This document shows, piece by piece, positions 1 through 8,490 of a DNA stretch of 64,000 nt. The stretch is from Candidatus Woesebacteria bacterium (GTDB taxonomy: Bacteria; Patescibacteriota; Microgenomatia; UBA8517): contig CP058602.1 of assembly GCA_013426185.1 (NCBI GenBank), forward strand, positions 399,123 to 463,122, in the 5' to 3' direction. The notes under the pieces were generated by a model that saw only the letters and a program-made list of their open reading frames with translations, had not been told where the DNA came from and did no database searches. Position 1 is the stretch's first letter, and the number at the start of each line of letters is the position of its first letter. A program made the translations under genes and the position numbers.

Positions 1-423
1 AGGAAGATTAATAAGGCCTGCAATTTTATTAAGACGATAAAACTTGATTACCATTAAAATAAGAGTAAACCACAAAGAAATAATTATAAACGCTCCAAGA
101 AGGGGATTTTTCAATCCAAAAAAGCCAATAGACCAGAAAGAATTCAAAATTAATTGAATAATAAAGATGCGAACCGCTTCATTTTTTTCTTTCCCCCCTT
201 CTGTCTTTAAGATAAGATAAAAAGAAATACCCATAAGAAAATACAAAAATGTCCAAACAGGACCAAAAACAAAATTTGGAGGGCTAAAAGATGGTTTTTT
301 CAAAGTAGAATACCAAGTTGGAATACTAGAAAAAGTAAAAATGGAGCCTACAAAACATGCTAGAAAAGGTAAAAGCAAAGAAAAAAACAGCTTTTTCAGA
401 TTTAGATTAAGAGAAGATTTCAT
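1..423 (-). CDS. tspO: TspO/MBR tryptophan-rich sensory protein (3' end runs off the window)
   Basis: Not in the ORF track; manual translation from ATG at 423 gives MKSSLNLNLKKLFFSLLLPFLACFVGSIFTFSSIPTWYSTLKKPSFSPPNFVFGPVWTFLYFLMG, containing the TspO signature WYxxLxKPxxxPPxxxFxPVWxxLY. Confidence 0.9.
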   Translation of the reverse strand, partial: MKSSLNLNLKKLFFSLLLPFLACFVGSIFTFSSIPTWYSTLKKPSFSPPNFVFGPVWTFLYFLMGISFYLILKTEGGKEKNEAVRIFIIQLILNSFWSIGFFGLKNPLLGAFIIISLWFTLILMVIKFYRLNKIAGLINLP

Positions 424-451
424 CAATCAAATATTAGCACTGTATTAATAA

Positions 452-1627
452 TTAACCAAGCCATTTCTTTTTGAGGTCAACAAAATCACCATTGATAATA
501 GAATCTCTAATTTGATTCATTAAATTATTGATAAAAAAGACATTGTGAATTGTTGCAAGCCTCAAGCCCAAAATCTCACCAGAAGTCAAAAGATGGCAAA
601 TATAAGCTCTCGAAAAATTAAGGCACGAATAACAATTGCAAACCTTGCTAAGAGGTCTTTCGTCTGACTTAAAAGTGCTTTTTTTAATATCAAGCCTAAA
701 TTTATTTGACCTTTTTCCTCCATCTTCAGGATGAATAAAAAGAAGCCCAGTTCTTGCCATTCTCGTAATTCCGGTGTTGTCAAAAGTATCAATCCCTCTT
801 GCAATAGCTTCAAAAATGCCCTCAGGCCCACCCCCTAAGCCTAAAGCGTGAACTGGTTTTTCGTCAGGCAAGATATCAGAAATTGTATTAAGAGCTTCAG
901 AGGTAATTTTGGGATCAGAGCCTATTGCCTCGCCTCCAATAGCAATTCCAGGAAATCCGAAGGAAAGCACAAAATCAAGCGATTGTCTCCTTAAATTTTT
1001 ATCCAAATCCCCTTGAACTATGCCATAAAGTGCCTGAAATTCGCCTTTTTTATTCAACTTTTGCCAAGCCAAAAATGACCTTTCTTCCCACTTCAAAGTT
1101 CTCAAAAAAGCCTCTTTAGCTAATTTTTTGGGCATATTCAAAGATTGAGGCTCGTCAAGCGCCATAATAATGTCAGCACCCAATATTTTTTGAATCTCAA
1201 TTGATTTCTCAGGTGTTAAAAGATGCAAAGAACCATCAAGATACGATTTAAAAAGCGCACCTTTATCATTAATCTTAACAACTTTAGCTTCGTCTTCTTC
1301 GCCTTTTGACCACAAAAAAGAAACTTGATAACCACCACTATCTGTGATTGTCGGGCCTTCCCATTTCATAAAATTTGCAAAACCGCCAAACTTTTCTATT
1401 ACTTCAAGACCAGGTTTAAGATAAAGATGATAAGTATTAGCCAGAACCACCTGAGTTTTTGCATCTTTTAAATCCTCAGGGCTTAAAGTGCGAACAGAAG
1501 CGCGGGTTGCAACAGGAGAAAAGGCTGGAGTTTTAATTATTCCATGAGGAGTCTTGATAACACCAGCTCGAGCTTTAGTTTTTAAATCTTTGCCAACTAT
1601 TTTAAAAGAAAAAAGAGACATCAGCAA
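452..1627 (-). CDS. tgt: tRNA-guanine transglycosylase (queuine tRNA-ribosyltransferase)
   Basis: ARAGVIKTPHG..TPAF, LANTYHL, TDSGGYQV, GIVQG, and CNCYSC...HN zinc site. Confidence 0.95.
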   Translation of the reverse strand: MLMSLFSFKIVGKDLKTKARAGVIKTPHGIIKTPAFSPVATRASVRTLSPEDLKDAKTQVVLANTYHLYLKPGLEVIEKFGGFANFMKWEGPTITDSGGYQVSFLWSKGEEDEAKVVKINDKGALFKSYLDGSLHLLTPEKSIEIQKILGADIIMALDEPQSLNMPKKLAKEAFLRTLKWEERSFLAWQKLNKKGEFQALYGIVQGDLDKNLRRQSLDFVLSFGFPGIAIGGEAIGSDPKITSEALNTISDILPDEKPVHALGLGGGPEGIFEAIARGIDTFDNTGITRMARTGLLFIHPEDGGKRSNKFRLDIKKSTFKSDERPLSKVCNCYSCLNFSRAYICHLLTSGEILGLRLATIHNVFFINNLMNQIRDSIINGDFVDLKKKWLG

Positions 1628-1668
1628 ATTCTAGCAAAAAGATTGGGGAAACTAAATTAAGGCGAAGA

Positions 1669-1920
1669 TTATTCGCTATCCTCAGTGTCAATTCTTGCCC
1701 AAAAGCAGTTCTGACATTTCTTAGGTAGTCGCCCCAGAACTTTCTCTGTTTCCCCAATCTTTTCGAGGCTCCGCTCAAAAATCCTGTCTTCCATATCGGG
1801 AGGAAGACGGAAATCTAAAACTGAATTCAGACCTTCCAGAGCTTCTTCATACTCGTCTTGAATCCGAACAATAGTCTCTACCCAAGGACATCCGCCATTG
1901 CAACTAATTCTTTCAACCAT
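1669..1920 (-). CDS. small hypothetical protein with Cys pairs
   Basis: ORF in operon orientation; CxxxC near the N-terminus and CxxC near the C-terminus. Confidence 0.5.
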   Translation of the reverse strand: MVERISCNGGCPWVETIVRIQDEYEEALEGLNSVLDFRLPPDMEDRIFERSLEKIGETEKVLGRLPKKCQNCFWARIDTEDSE

Positions 1921-1983
1921 AAACTAAATAGAAATTAAAATAATATAAACAAAAAGTCAAGTCAAAAGATCAAGCTCTTTCTA

Positions 1984-2517
1984 TCAAGGACTAGTTGCAA
2001 TCCATGCTATCTTATACTTGCCAGTTTCAACCTCTTTAAGATTTATCCATCTTTTATTTATTCCTTCCACCCAACCGTAATTGGGAATAGGAAGATCAGT
2101 TAAATTCTTTTTAAGAGAAACATCTATATCAACCTCAAAAGAATTGCGAGTCTTATCTATCTTTGACTCTTTGATATTAACCGATTTAAAAGAAGAAAAA
2201 TTGTTTAAAGAAACAGCCCAACTTTGCATTCCTGCGTCGTCTTTCAGATCCATCATAAGAACAGCATCGGAAATTCTGCCTCCATCTATTAATTCACAAA
2301 AAGTCCTGACCATATCTTCTTTTGATGGCAAAGGGGTACTAATTTCAGGAGAAGGAGATAAAACAGCAGTTAAAATCGGAGAATTCAAGACCTCGGGCTC
2401 ATTAGTATTTTTCTTATTTAAAAATTTACCGGCCAAAAAGAAAACTCCAACAAAAGCAGCCAAAATCACAAAAAACAAAATCCACCTTTTTGCAATTTTT
2501 GCAAGCATTATACACAC
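1984..2517 (-). CDS. membrane-anchored hypothetical protein
   Basis: N-terminal TM helix, Pro/Ser-rich linker, globular C-terminal domain. Confidence 0.65.
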   Translation of the reverse strand: MCIMLAKIAKRWILFFVILAAFVGVFFLAGKFLNKKNTNEPEVLNSPILTAVLSPSPEISTPLPSKEDMVRTFCELIDGGRISDAVLMMDLKDDAGMQSWAVSLNNFSSFKSVNIKESKIDKTRNSFEVDIDVSLKKNLTDLPIPNYGWVEGINKRWINLKEVETGKYKIAWIATSP

Positions 2518-2611
2518 AGATTATATAGCAAAAAGAAGATTAACAAAAACATCAATTTGATCCCGGATCAGGGTAATGGCATTTCTTGAAGTGCTAGCCA
2601 AATAGGAAACC

Positions 2612-3163
2612 TTATATCTCTATTTCTTTCATCTCCAAAGGTGACCAATCGATATACCTCGCTAAATCAAGAAATACCAACTGATCATATTTTTTTCCCG
2701 CAGCAATAACTCCAAGTAGATGCCTGAAAAATATTGCGTGTCCAACCACAGCAACTCTATTATATCTCTCTTTTTGTTTTTTAAGAAATTTTAAAAATTT
2801 CTCTGCCCTTGCCTTTATTTCGTTAAAACTTTCGCTGCCATCATATTTCCAATTAGGATCTTTACGATATTCTAAAAGCCCCCAATCCCAAAATTTTCTT
2901 GCCTCTTCTCGACTTTTACCGTCTAAAAACTTGGGCCTAATATACTCATAAATATAATCGACAATTTCATAGTTGCCTTTACCAAAAAGCAAATCTGCCG
3001 TTCTTGTTGCCCTAACTAAAGGAGAACAATATACTTTATCTACCTTTAGATCAGAATAAAGCCCTTTTTCAACTGAGGTTTCATCTATTATTGCATCTGG
3101 GCTTTGAGATTTCCCCTCTTCTGAATCAATTGTCTTAGCATGGCGAATTAAATATAATTTCAT
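2612..3163 (-). CDS. histidine phosphatase (phosphoglycerate mutase family)
   Basis: LYLIRHA, SPLVRA, GSES, VVGHA motifs; ATG at 3163 preferred as start. Confidence 0.9.
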   Translation of the reverse strand: MKLYLIRHAKTIDSEEGKSQSPDAIIDETSVEKGLYSDLKVDKVYCSPLVRATRTADLLFGKGNYEIVDYIYEYIRPKFLDGKSREEARKFWDWGLLEYRKDPNWKYDGSESFNEIKARAEKFLKFLKKQKERYNRVAVVGHAIFFRHLLGVIAAGKKYDQLVFLDLARYIDWSPLEMKEIEI

Positions 3164-3264
3164 ACAGTCAAAAGTTATTCTATATAAAACATCAATTCTT
3201 TTCACCTTTTCTATAAGATTCTAGGCTCAGAAAAAACAAAAAGAGGCTTGCAGATGCTTTCGAT

Positions 3265-3370
3265 TCCTAACTTTTGGGTGTGTAAAGCTTGCGAAGAAGC
3301 CTTCAGGTTCCTAACTTTCGATGTCTTTTGGTTTTTCTTCCAGCCTTTTGGTTCCTAACTTTCGATGTCT
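3265..3370. repeat. 21-bp direct repeat GGTTCCTAACTTTCGATGTCT x2 plus a partial third copy
   Basis: Exact copies at 3306-3326 and 3350-3370; partial TTCCTAACTTT at 3265-3275. Confidence 0.7.
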
Positions 3371-4013
3371 GCATTAATTTTTCCAAACCATCGGCTACAT
3401 ATTCTAGTATTTTGGTTTTATCATCAAATAGAAACGTATTTCTTTGGCAAGAAAGTTTTTCTGTTAAAAATTTATTCAATTTTAAAGCTGTTTTAATTTG
3501 TTTCTTATTCAGAAATCTCCTATGAGTAATAGATTGCATGTTATTAATTAATCTCTTTTCATCATCTAATATTAAATAAAAATCTAGGCAATCCACTCCC
3601 TTAATCTCAATCAATGTTTTTAATTCAGGAAATATGTGGTTGCCTTCTATAATAAAATTCTGCCTTTCGGTTTTGGAAAAGCGTAAAATATTAACAATCG
3701 GTGTAAATAAGGCTTTCGCCTGGCTAAAATAATTATTAAAAAGATCTTTATCTGAATTTGAGTATTTGTAAAGATCGTATGTATGACAAGTAAAAATTTC
3801 TCCTTTTTCCTCTAATAATGAATAATAAACAGCCCTGATTATACCGGTAGGAATAATAGCCATACTATGTAAGAAACCCTGAAGTTCCCTCGCTATTGTT
3901 GATTTCCCGGTACCACAATAACCGCCTATAAGGATTACTAGAGGCCTCTTAATTCTGCCTGAAGACCACATTTCGTTAAATCTATTAAAAACCGAAAAAA
4001 TTCTCTTATTCAT
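3303..4013 (-). CDS. P-loop kinase, 2-phosphoglycerate kinase-like
   Basis: ILIGGYCGTGKSTIAREL Walker A, IPTGIIR and IIEGNHI, matching the 2-PGK-type pattern. Confidence 0.75.
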   Translation of the reverse strand: MNKRIFSVFNRFNEMWSSGRIKRPLVILIGGYCGTGKSTIARELQGFLHSMAIIPTGIIRAVYYSLLEEKGEIFTCHTYDLYKYSNSDKDLFNNYFSQAKALFTPIVNILRFSKTERQNFIIEGNHIFPELKTLIEIKGVDCLDFYLILDDEKRLINNMQSITHRRFLNKKQIKTALKLNKFLTEKLSCQRNTFLFDDKTKILEYVADGLEKLMQTSKVRNQKAGRKTKRHRKLGT

Positions 4014-4639
4014 AACCCAATATTTCTAAATAAGTTATAAACTCTATCTTTTGCAACTTGTTGTGCACCAGGATCTCTAAAATTATTTAAAGAAAAGTTT
4101 ATTATATGCCACCACCGCATTTTCTCCTCATCGGGTAAAGAGGAAAAATTATTTACAAGCAATCTTACATCTTTAAAATCTTTTTCACGAGGCGGTATTT
4201 CTCCTTTATTTGCTAATTTTTGGACTAAAATAATTGCGGGGTGGACTATTAATACTCCATGATCCTCACGCTCTATCTCAACTGCGCTAGACACTAGAAA
4301 ACCATCCTCGAACGATAAACCATTCCAAAAAGTATTAGGCCTTACAACATCAATCCTCCTAAAATGTAAATCTGTATCCAACCACCCATTTACAACCACA
4401 ATATCTATATCTCTATGATACCGACTCTTTCTACCAATAAAAAAATCCATCGCCAACCCTGAGGCTAAAAGGTAATTAATTCTCCCCTCTGAAGAACGTT
4501 GAGGGAATTTTGATATCAATTTGAAAAAACCCTCAAATGTTCCCCCTTTCAAAAGCATTCCTAAAGACAGTCTTCTCAAATAACTACTAAATTCTTCTAA
4601 ACTAAAGCCCTTTCCTCGAAAAACTTCTAATTCTTTCAT
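4010..4639 (-). CDS. nucleotidyltransferase-fold protein
   Basis: ASGLAMD...RYHRDIDIVV (hG[GS]...DxD) and C-terminal REKDFKD. Confidence 0.65.
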   Translation of the reverse strand: MKELEVFRGKGFSLEEFSSYLRRLSLGMLLKGGTFEGFFKLISKFPQRSSEGRINYLLASGLAMDFFIGRKSRYHRDIDIVVVNGWLDTDLHFRRIDVVRPNTFWNGLSFEDGFLVSSAVEIEREDHGVLIVHPAIILVQKLANKGEIPPREKDFKDVRLLVNNFSSLPDEEKMRWWHIINFSLNNFRDPGAQQVAKDRVYNLFRNIGL

Positions 4640-4662
4640 GGTATGAACAAGAACTTAAAATA

Positions 4663-5484
4663 TTAAAATCTCACTACTATTTTTAATGCTACATGATCAG
4701 ATAGTAATCCTTTATTAAGCTCTTTATCAATCAATGGTTTTTTAAAAAGATGCTCTCTTTTTTCAACTCCAATATCTTTGGCTGATGGCTTTAACAAAAT
4801 GTAGTCTAACCTCTTTCCTTTTTCACCTTTCGGTAAAAATACTTTTTGAAAAGTTGGAGAATCAAAATTTTTGTAAGGGTCCATAACTCCTAATACCTTA
4901 ATCAATTCTTTATAAAAAGCCGAATTTTTAGAAATATTAAAATCCCCGGTCAAAACAATCAGTTTATATTTACTCAATCTCTTAATAACATTTTTTAACC
5001 TCTCAATAGAAGCACTATAGATTTGATTAAATTTATTAGCCGAAGACCAATCATGAGTAGGATTAGCCACCATGTGAGTATTTGCCACTACAACTTTCCC
5101 AGAAAGAAACTTTGAAAACAAAATTCCTTTTCCTGAAAGAAGGTTTCGAAAAATAACTCTTAACCATCCTTCCACAGCCAAACAAGCCACAACACTTAAA
5201 GGATAAGTATAGGCAAAATAAGCGCTTTCAAAAGGTTTTAATTTTGAGAAGGTAACCACCCCCCCTCTTGGGCCAAGCAATGCCCTTTCATAAACACAAT
5301 AAGGAAAATTAGTAAGTTTATTCTTAATAATTTCTAAATGTTTATATGTAAAAACTTCCTGAAGGTTAATAATATCCAGATTTTCGTTATTTAAAAAATC
5401 CCCTATCTTAACTAACCTTTTAACAGTAGATTCGCTAAAAATAGGTGTTCCTTTTATATTAAAAGTAACTACAGATAATTGCAT
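4663..5484 (-). CDS. endonuclease/exonuclease/phosphatase (EEP) family protein, sphingomyelinase-like
   Basis: TFN, LQEVF, NTH, GDFN, RLDYIL and SDH motifs. Confidence 0.9.
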   Translation of the reverse strand: MQLSVVTFNIKGTPIFSESTVKRLVKIGDFLNNENLDIINLQEVFTYKHLEIIKNKLTNFPYCVYERALLGPRGGVVTFSKLKPFESAYFAYTYPLSVVACLAVEGWLRVIFRNLLSGKGILFSKFLSGKVVVANTHMVANPTHDWSSANKFNQIYSASIERLKNVIKRLSKYKLIVLTGDFNISKNSAFYKELIKVLGVMDPYKNFDSPTFQKVFLPKGEKGKRLDYILLKPSAKDIGVEKREHLFKKPLIDKELNKGLLSDHVALKIVVRF

Positions 5485-6488
5485 TTTTTTGATATTTTAC
5501 AGAGCGTTGTTATTTTTTTCAAAAAAATTACAATATGTTTTTTCTGAAGAACCAAAACTAGTAATATCATAGTATAATCTCCTGTGCTTAGAAGTACCGA
5601 GACTGCTATATACATGGGTAACCAGACATAATAAAAATCAGATAGAGGAAACTCATTTAAAGAAAAAATATTAATAAATCGCCTACTATGAGGGGAAAAT
5701 AGATAGACCAAGATCCAAAAAATTAAATAAACAAGAAATAGAATCTTCATGTTAATATTTTTAACCAAAAAAGAAAAGAATAAAAGAAGCAACACTTCTG
5801 GCAAATATAAGATCTTAATAAGCTTTTGGCTAAATTTCACATCTTTAACAGTGGTTAAAGTTTTAACACCTGAACCTAGATCACTAGAAAAATCTTCTAT
5901 TTGGTGCATCAACATAGCTCTCAACCCCAAAACGAAAAGTGCAACCGAAAAAAGATAACCCTCAGTTTTATTGTAATCTAAAACAGAAAACACCAACAAA
6001 ACAGGCAGAGTCCTTTGGATCAAAGAGCCAACAACTATATCAAGAAAAGGCTTTTCCTTAAATCTCACTGGCGGAGAAGAATAAAAAACTACCAAAAAAA
6101 ACATTATTACCCACCAAAACATTATTTTTAAAACAAAACCTCCAAAAAACCACCAAAAAATAGAGGATAAAATAAAAAACAAAACCGAAGTTAAAAAAAT
6201 ATGATAATCTTTAATATTAGCACTTGTGCGAATTTTGCCAGCTTTTAAATCTACAAATTTATCCCAATAATCGTTAAGGATAGAGGCAAAAGAACCATAA
6301 AGCACAAAAAATGCAAGAAGAATCCAAAATACTATTCCAAAACCTGGCGTCAGTTCTTTGAGACCTCCTTTTTCTATAATAACTAGACCAATTGAAACAA
6401 TAAAAAAAATTAACTTTGTATTTGACCAAGAATGCCAACGAATAAACTTATTCAAGAATTCAAGTCTACCCGCTAATGATCCGAACAT
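5469..6488 (-). CDS. UbiA-family prenyltransferase
   Basis: NDYWDKFVD, YSSPPVRFK and HQIEDFSSDLGSGVKTL aspartate-rich motifs; multiple TM helices. Confidence 0.85.
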   Translation of the reverse strand: MFGSLAGRLEFLNKFIRWHSWSNTKLIFFIVSIGLVIIEKGGLKELTPGFGIVFWILLAFFVLYGSFASILNDYWDKFVDLKAGKIRTSANIKDYHIFLTSVLFFILSSIFWWFFGGFVLKIMFWWVIMFFLVVFYSSPPVRFKEKPFLDIVVGSLIQRTLPVLLVFSVLDYNKTEGYLFSVALFVLGLRAMLMHQIEDFSSDLGSGVKTLTTVKDVKFSQKLIKILYLPEVLLLLFFSFLVKNINMKILFLVYLIFWILVYLFSPHSRRFINIFSLNEFPLSDFYYVWLPMYIAVSVLLSTGDYTMILLVLVLQKKHIVIFLKKITTLCKISKKCNYL

Positions 6489-7747
6489 TTCATATAATTA
6501 GAATAAGTTTGTAAAAACTTTTCTCTCAACCCTTTAATTAAAAAATTGTCTGGTAGAATAATTTCTTTTGATTGATTTATCCACTGATCCAGGTATCGAC
6601 TATCCGGGATAAGGGAAACCAGATATTCAAAAAAACTATCTAGTTCTCTTCGAGGTAAATTTTTACTAACATAATCAAACATCTCATTATATATACCGTG
6701 GCCGATTATTTCAAGATCACGTTGTTTTATCGATCTCAACTTAATAAAGCTTTCAGCTAAACCAATAATTTCTGCCCAAACAGGCAAGTCCCACAACCAA
6801 TAAAGATTTTGTAATTTATTAAAAGCAATTCCCCTTATTAGAATCATTCTAATCATTCTTCTTAAAACCATCTTTAAGTATTCATCATTATTTTTATCCA
6901 AATCTAATTCTCCTGGAAATTCCTCTCTCGCTAAAGAAAAAACCTCCGATTTGTTATTGTTTAGTTTATAACCTTTATTTTCATCTTTTTTCCCCAAAAA
7001 AAATATTTCCCTTCTAATACTAGCTAATGAAACAAAAGGACTCACATAATGATTTATTCCCATCCTGTTTGCCACAATACCAAAACGATTATTCTCCCCC
7101 GTTACCGGATTTCCTTCATCATCAAAGGGTTGAAAGTGTCCAATTCTTTTAAAGGTCTGAACATGCATAGCATAACCACCCGAACCTCTAGTCTCCTTGA
7201 TCCCAGACAAAGTTAAAGACCAGACGACCTGAAACCTTATCCAAGCTGATCCAACTATTAGCATCAAACTACTTTTTCTGCTCTTCTGACTATTAACCCA
7301 TTTGATCAACTCAGTAGGATTATTCCTCTCACAAAAACTGACCAATTCGAAATTCCTATTAATAGCAGAAACTATTTCTTGGAAGAACATTTTATGAACA
7401 AAAACATCGGCATCAACCGTTGAAATAATCGCATTATCTTTAGAATTCCCTAATTCCGAATCTAAAAGATTTAAAACATATTTAAAACCAGTATTTCTTG
7501 GTTGGCCTCCGCACCTCAATTTAGAATTTTCCTCAATAACCTTAAAAGAATCAAAACCATTTTTATACCTTAACCCTACCTCTACAGTTTTATCTTCGCT
7601 CCTATGATTTACAAGAACTAAATTAAGACTAAAATTACCATAACTACCAGCATCTAACAAACTTTTTAATATAAATCCAATATACCTCTCCTCATTATAG
7701 GCCGGTACTATTATAAATATTCTTTCCCTCACGTTTTTTGGAAACAC
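6473..7747 (-). CDS. glycosyltransferase family 2
   Basis: IIVPAYNEE, SEDKT, RNTG and DAD motifs. Confidence 0.85.
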   Translation of the reverse strand: MFPKNVRERIFIIVPAYNEERYIGFILKSLLDAGSYGNFSLNLVLVNHRSEDKTVEVGLRYKNGFDSFKVIEENSKLRCGGQPRNTGFKYVLNLLDSELGNSKDNAIISTVDADVFVHKMFFQEIVSAINRNFELVSFCERNNPTELIKWVNSQKSRKSSLMLIVGSAWIRFQVVWSLTLSGIKETRGSGGYAMHVQTFKRIGHFQPFDDEGNPVTGENNRFGIVANRMGINHYVSPFVSLASIRREIFFLGKKDENKGYKLNNNKSEVFSLAREEFPGELDLDKNNDEYLKMVLRRMIRMILIRGIAFNKLQNLYWLWDLPVWAEIIGLAESFIKLRSIKQRDLEIIGHGIYNEMFDYVSKNLPRRELDSFFEYLVSLIPDSRYLDQWINQSKEIILPDNFLIKGLREKFLQTYSNYMKCSDH

Positions 7748-7886
7748 TTTTTCACTTTTTAATACTTTCCCTAAAAAAACCAGCTCTTTCCTTAAATCAG
7801 GCTGGTTTCTAAGTATCTAAAATAATCTAAACGTTAACTGACTATATCTTATCACCAAACCCCTAATTCATCAAATTCCGGTTTAG

Positions 7887-8465
7887 TGTAAAGACATATG
7901 CGACACTTTTAGGTAAGATAACAGATTATGTAGGTGAGAAATATGCATATTGTCAAACTAAACGATAAAGAGGTTTTAAGGCCCAAACTTTTGGGCGCAT
8001 ATGAGGCTATGGAACCTAAAAATGTCAGGTATTTGTGTAAACTTTCTGAATACATCATTCAACTTTCCACAGGGTTAAGAAAACCACACAAACATTGTAC
8101 AATTGATTTTGTAAAAAACTTTTGACTGAAACTAAAAAGAAAGTTATAATAATTAAGTTAATCCAATCTGATAATGACCATGAATTTCAGGCTAAATTTG
8201 AAGAATATTTAAAATCATCAAACATTAGTATTCAACATACTTGGATTCACACACCTGATCAAAATGGAGTTGTTGAAAGAAGCCATAGAACCGATGAAGA
8301 GGAATTCTACCAAGAAACTGAGATAGACTACTCAGATTTGGAAGATATAAACAACAAGCTCAAGCTCTGGCTTGAATATTACAACACTAAAAGATTACAC
8401 TTTAGTCTGAATTATTTGACACCCGAAGAATACCAGTGTCGCATATCTAGTTACCTCGCACGACA
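7887..8465 (+). mobile_element. internally deleted IS481-family insertion sequence remnant
   Basis: Inverted repeat ATATGCGACACT (7896-7907) / AGTGTCGCATAT (8435-8446); encloses an rve-type transposase C-terminal fragment; right end ...ACA abuts the secA stop codon. Confidence 0.65.
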
Positions 8466-8490
8466 TCAATTCGGTCCCGGATCGGGGTAA
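8122..8490 (+). pseudogene. truncated DDE transposase (integrase core)
   Basis: IQSDNDHEF, TPDQNGVVERSHRTDEEEFY, YNTKRLHFSLNYLTP; N-terminal HTH and first catalytic Asp absent. Confidence 0.85.

Noticed and set aside
3265-3370. Mini CRISPR array
   Set aside because: Only two full 21-bp copies, short spacers, and no leader or cas genes.
7934-8125. 63-aa ORF inside the IS remnant
   Set aside because: Probably scrambled transposase remains; no independent motif.
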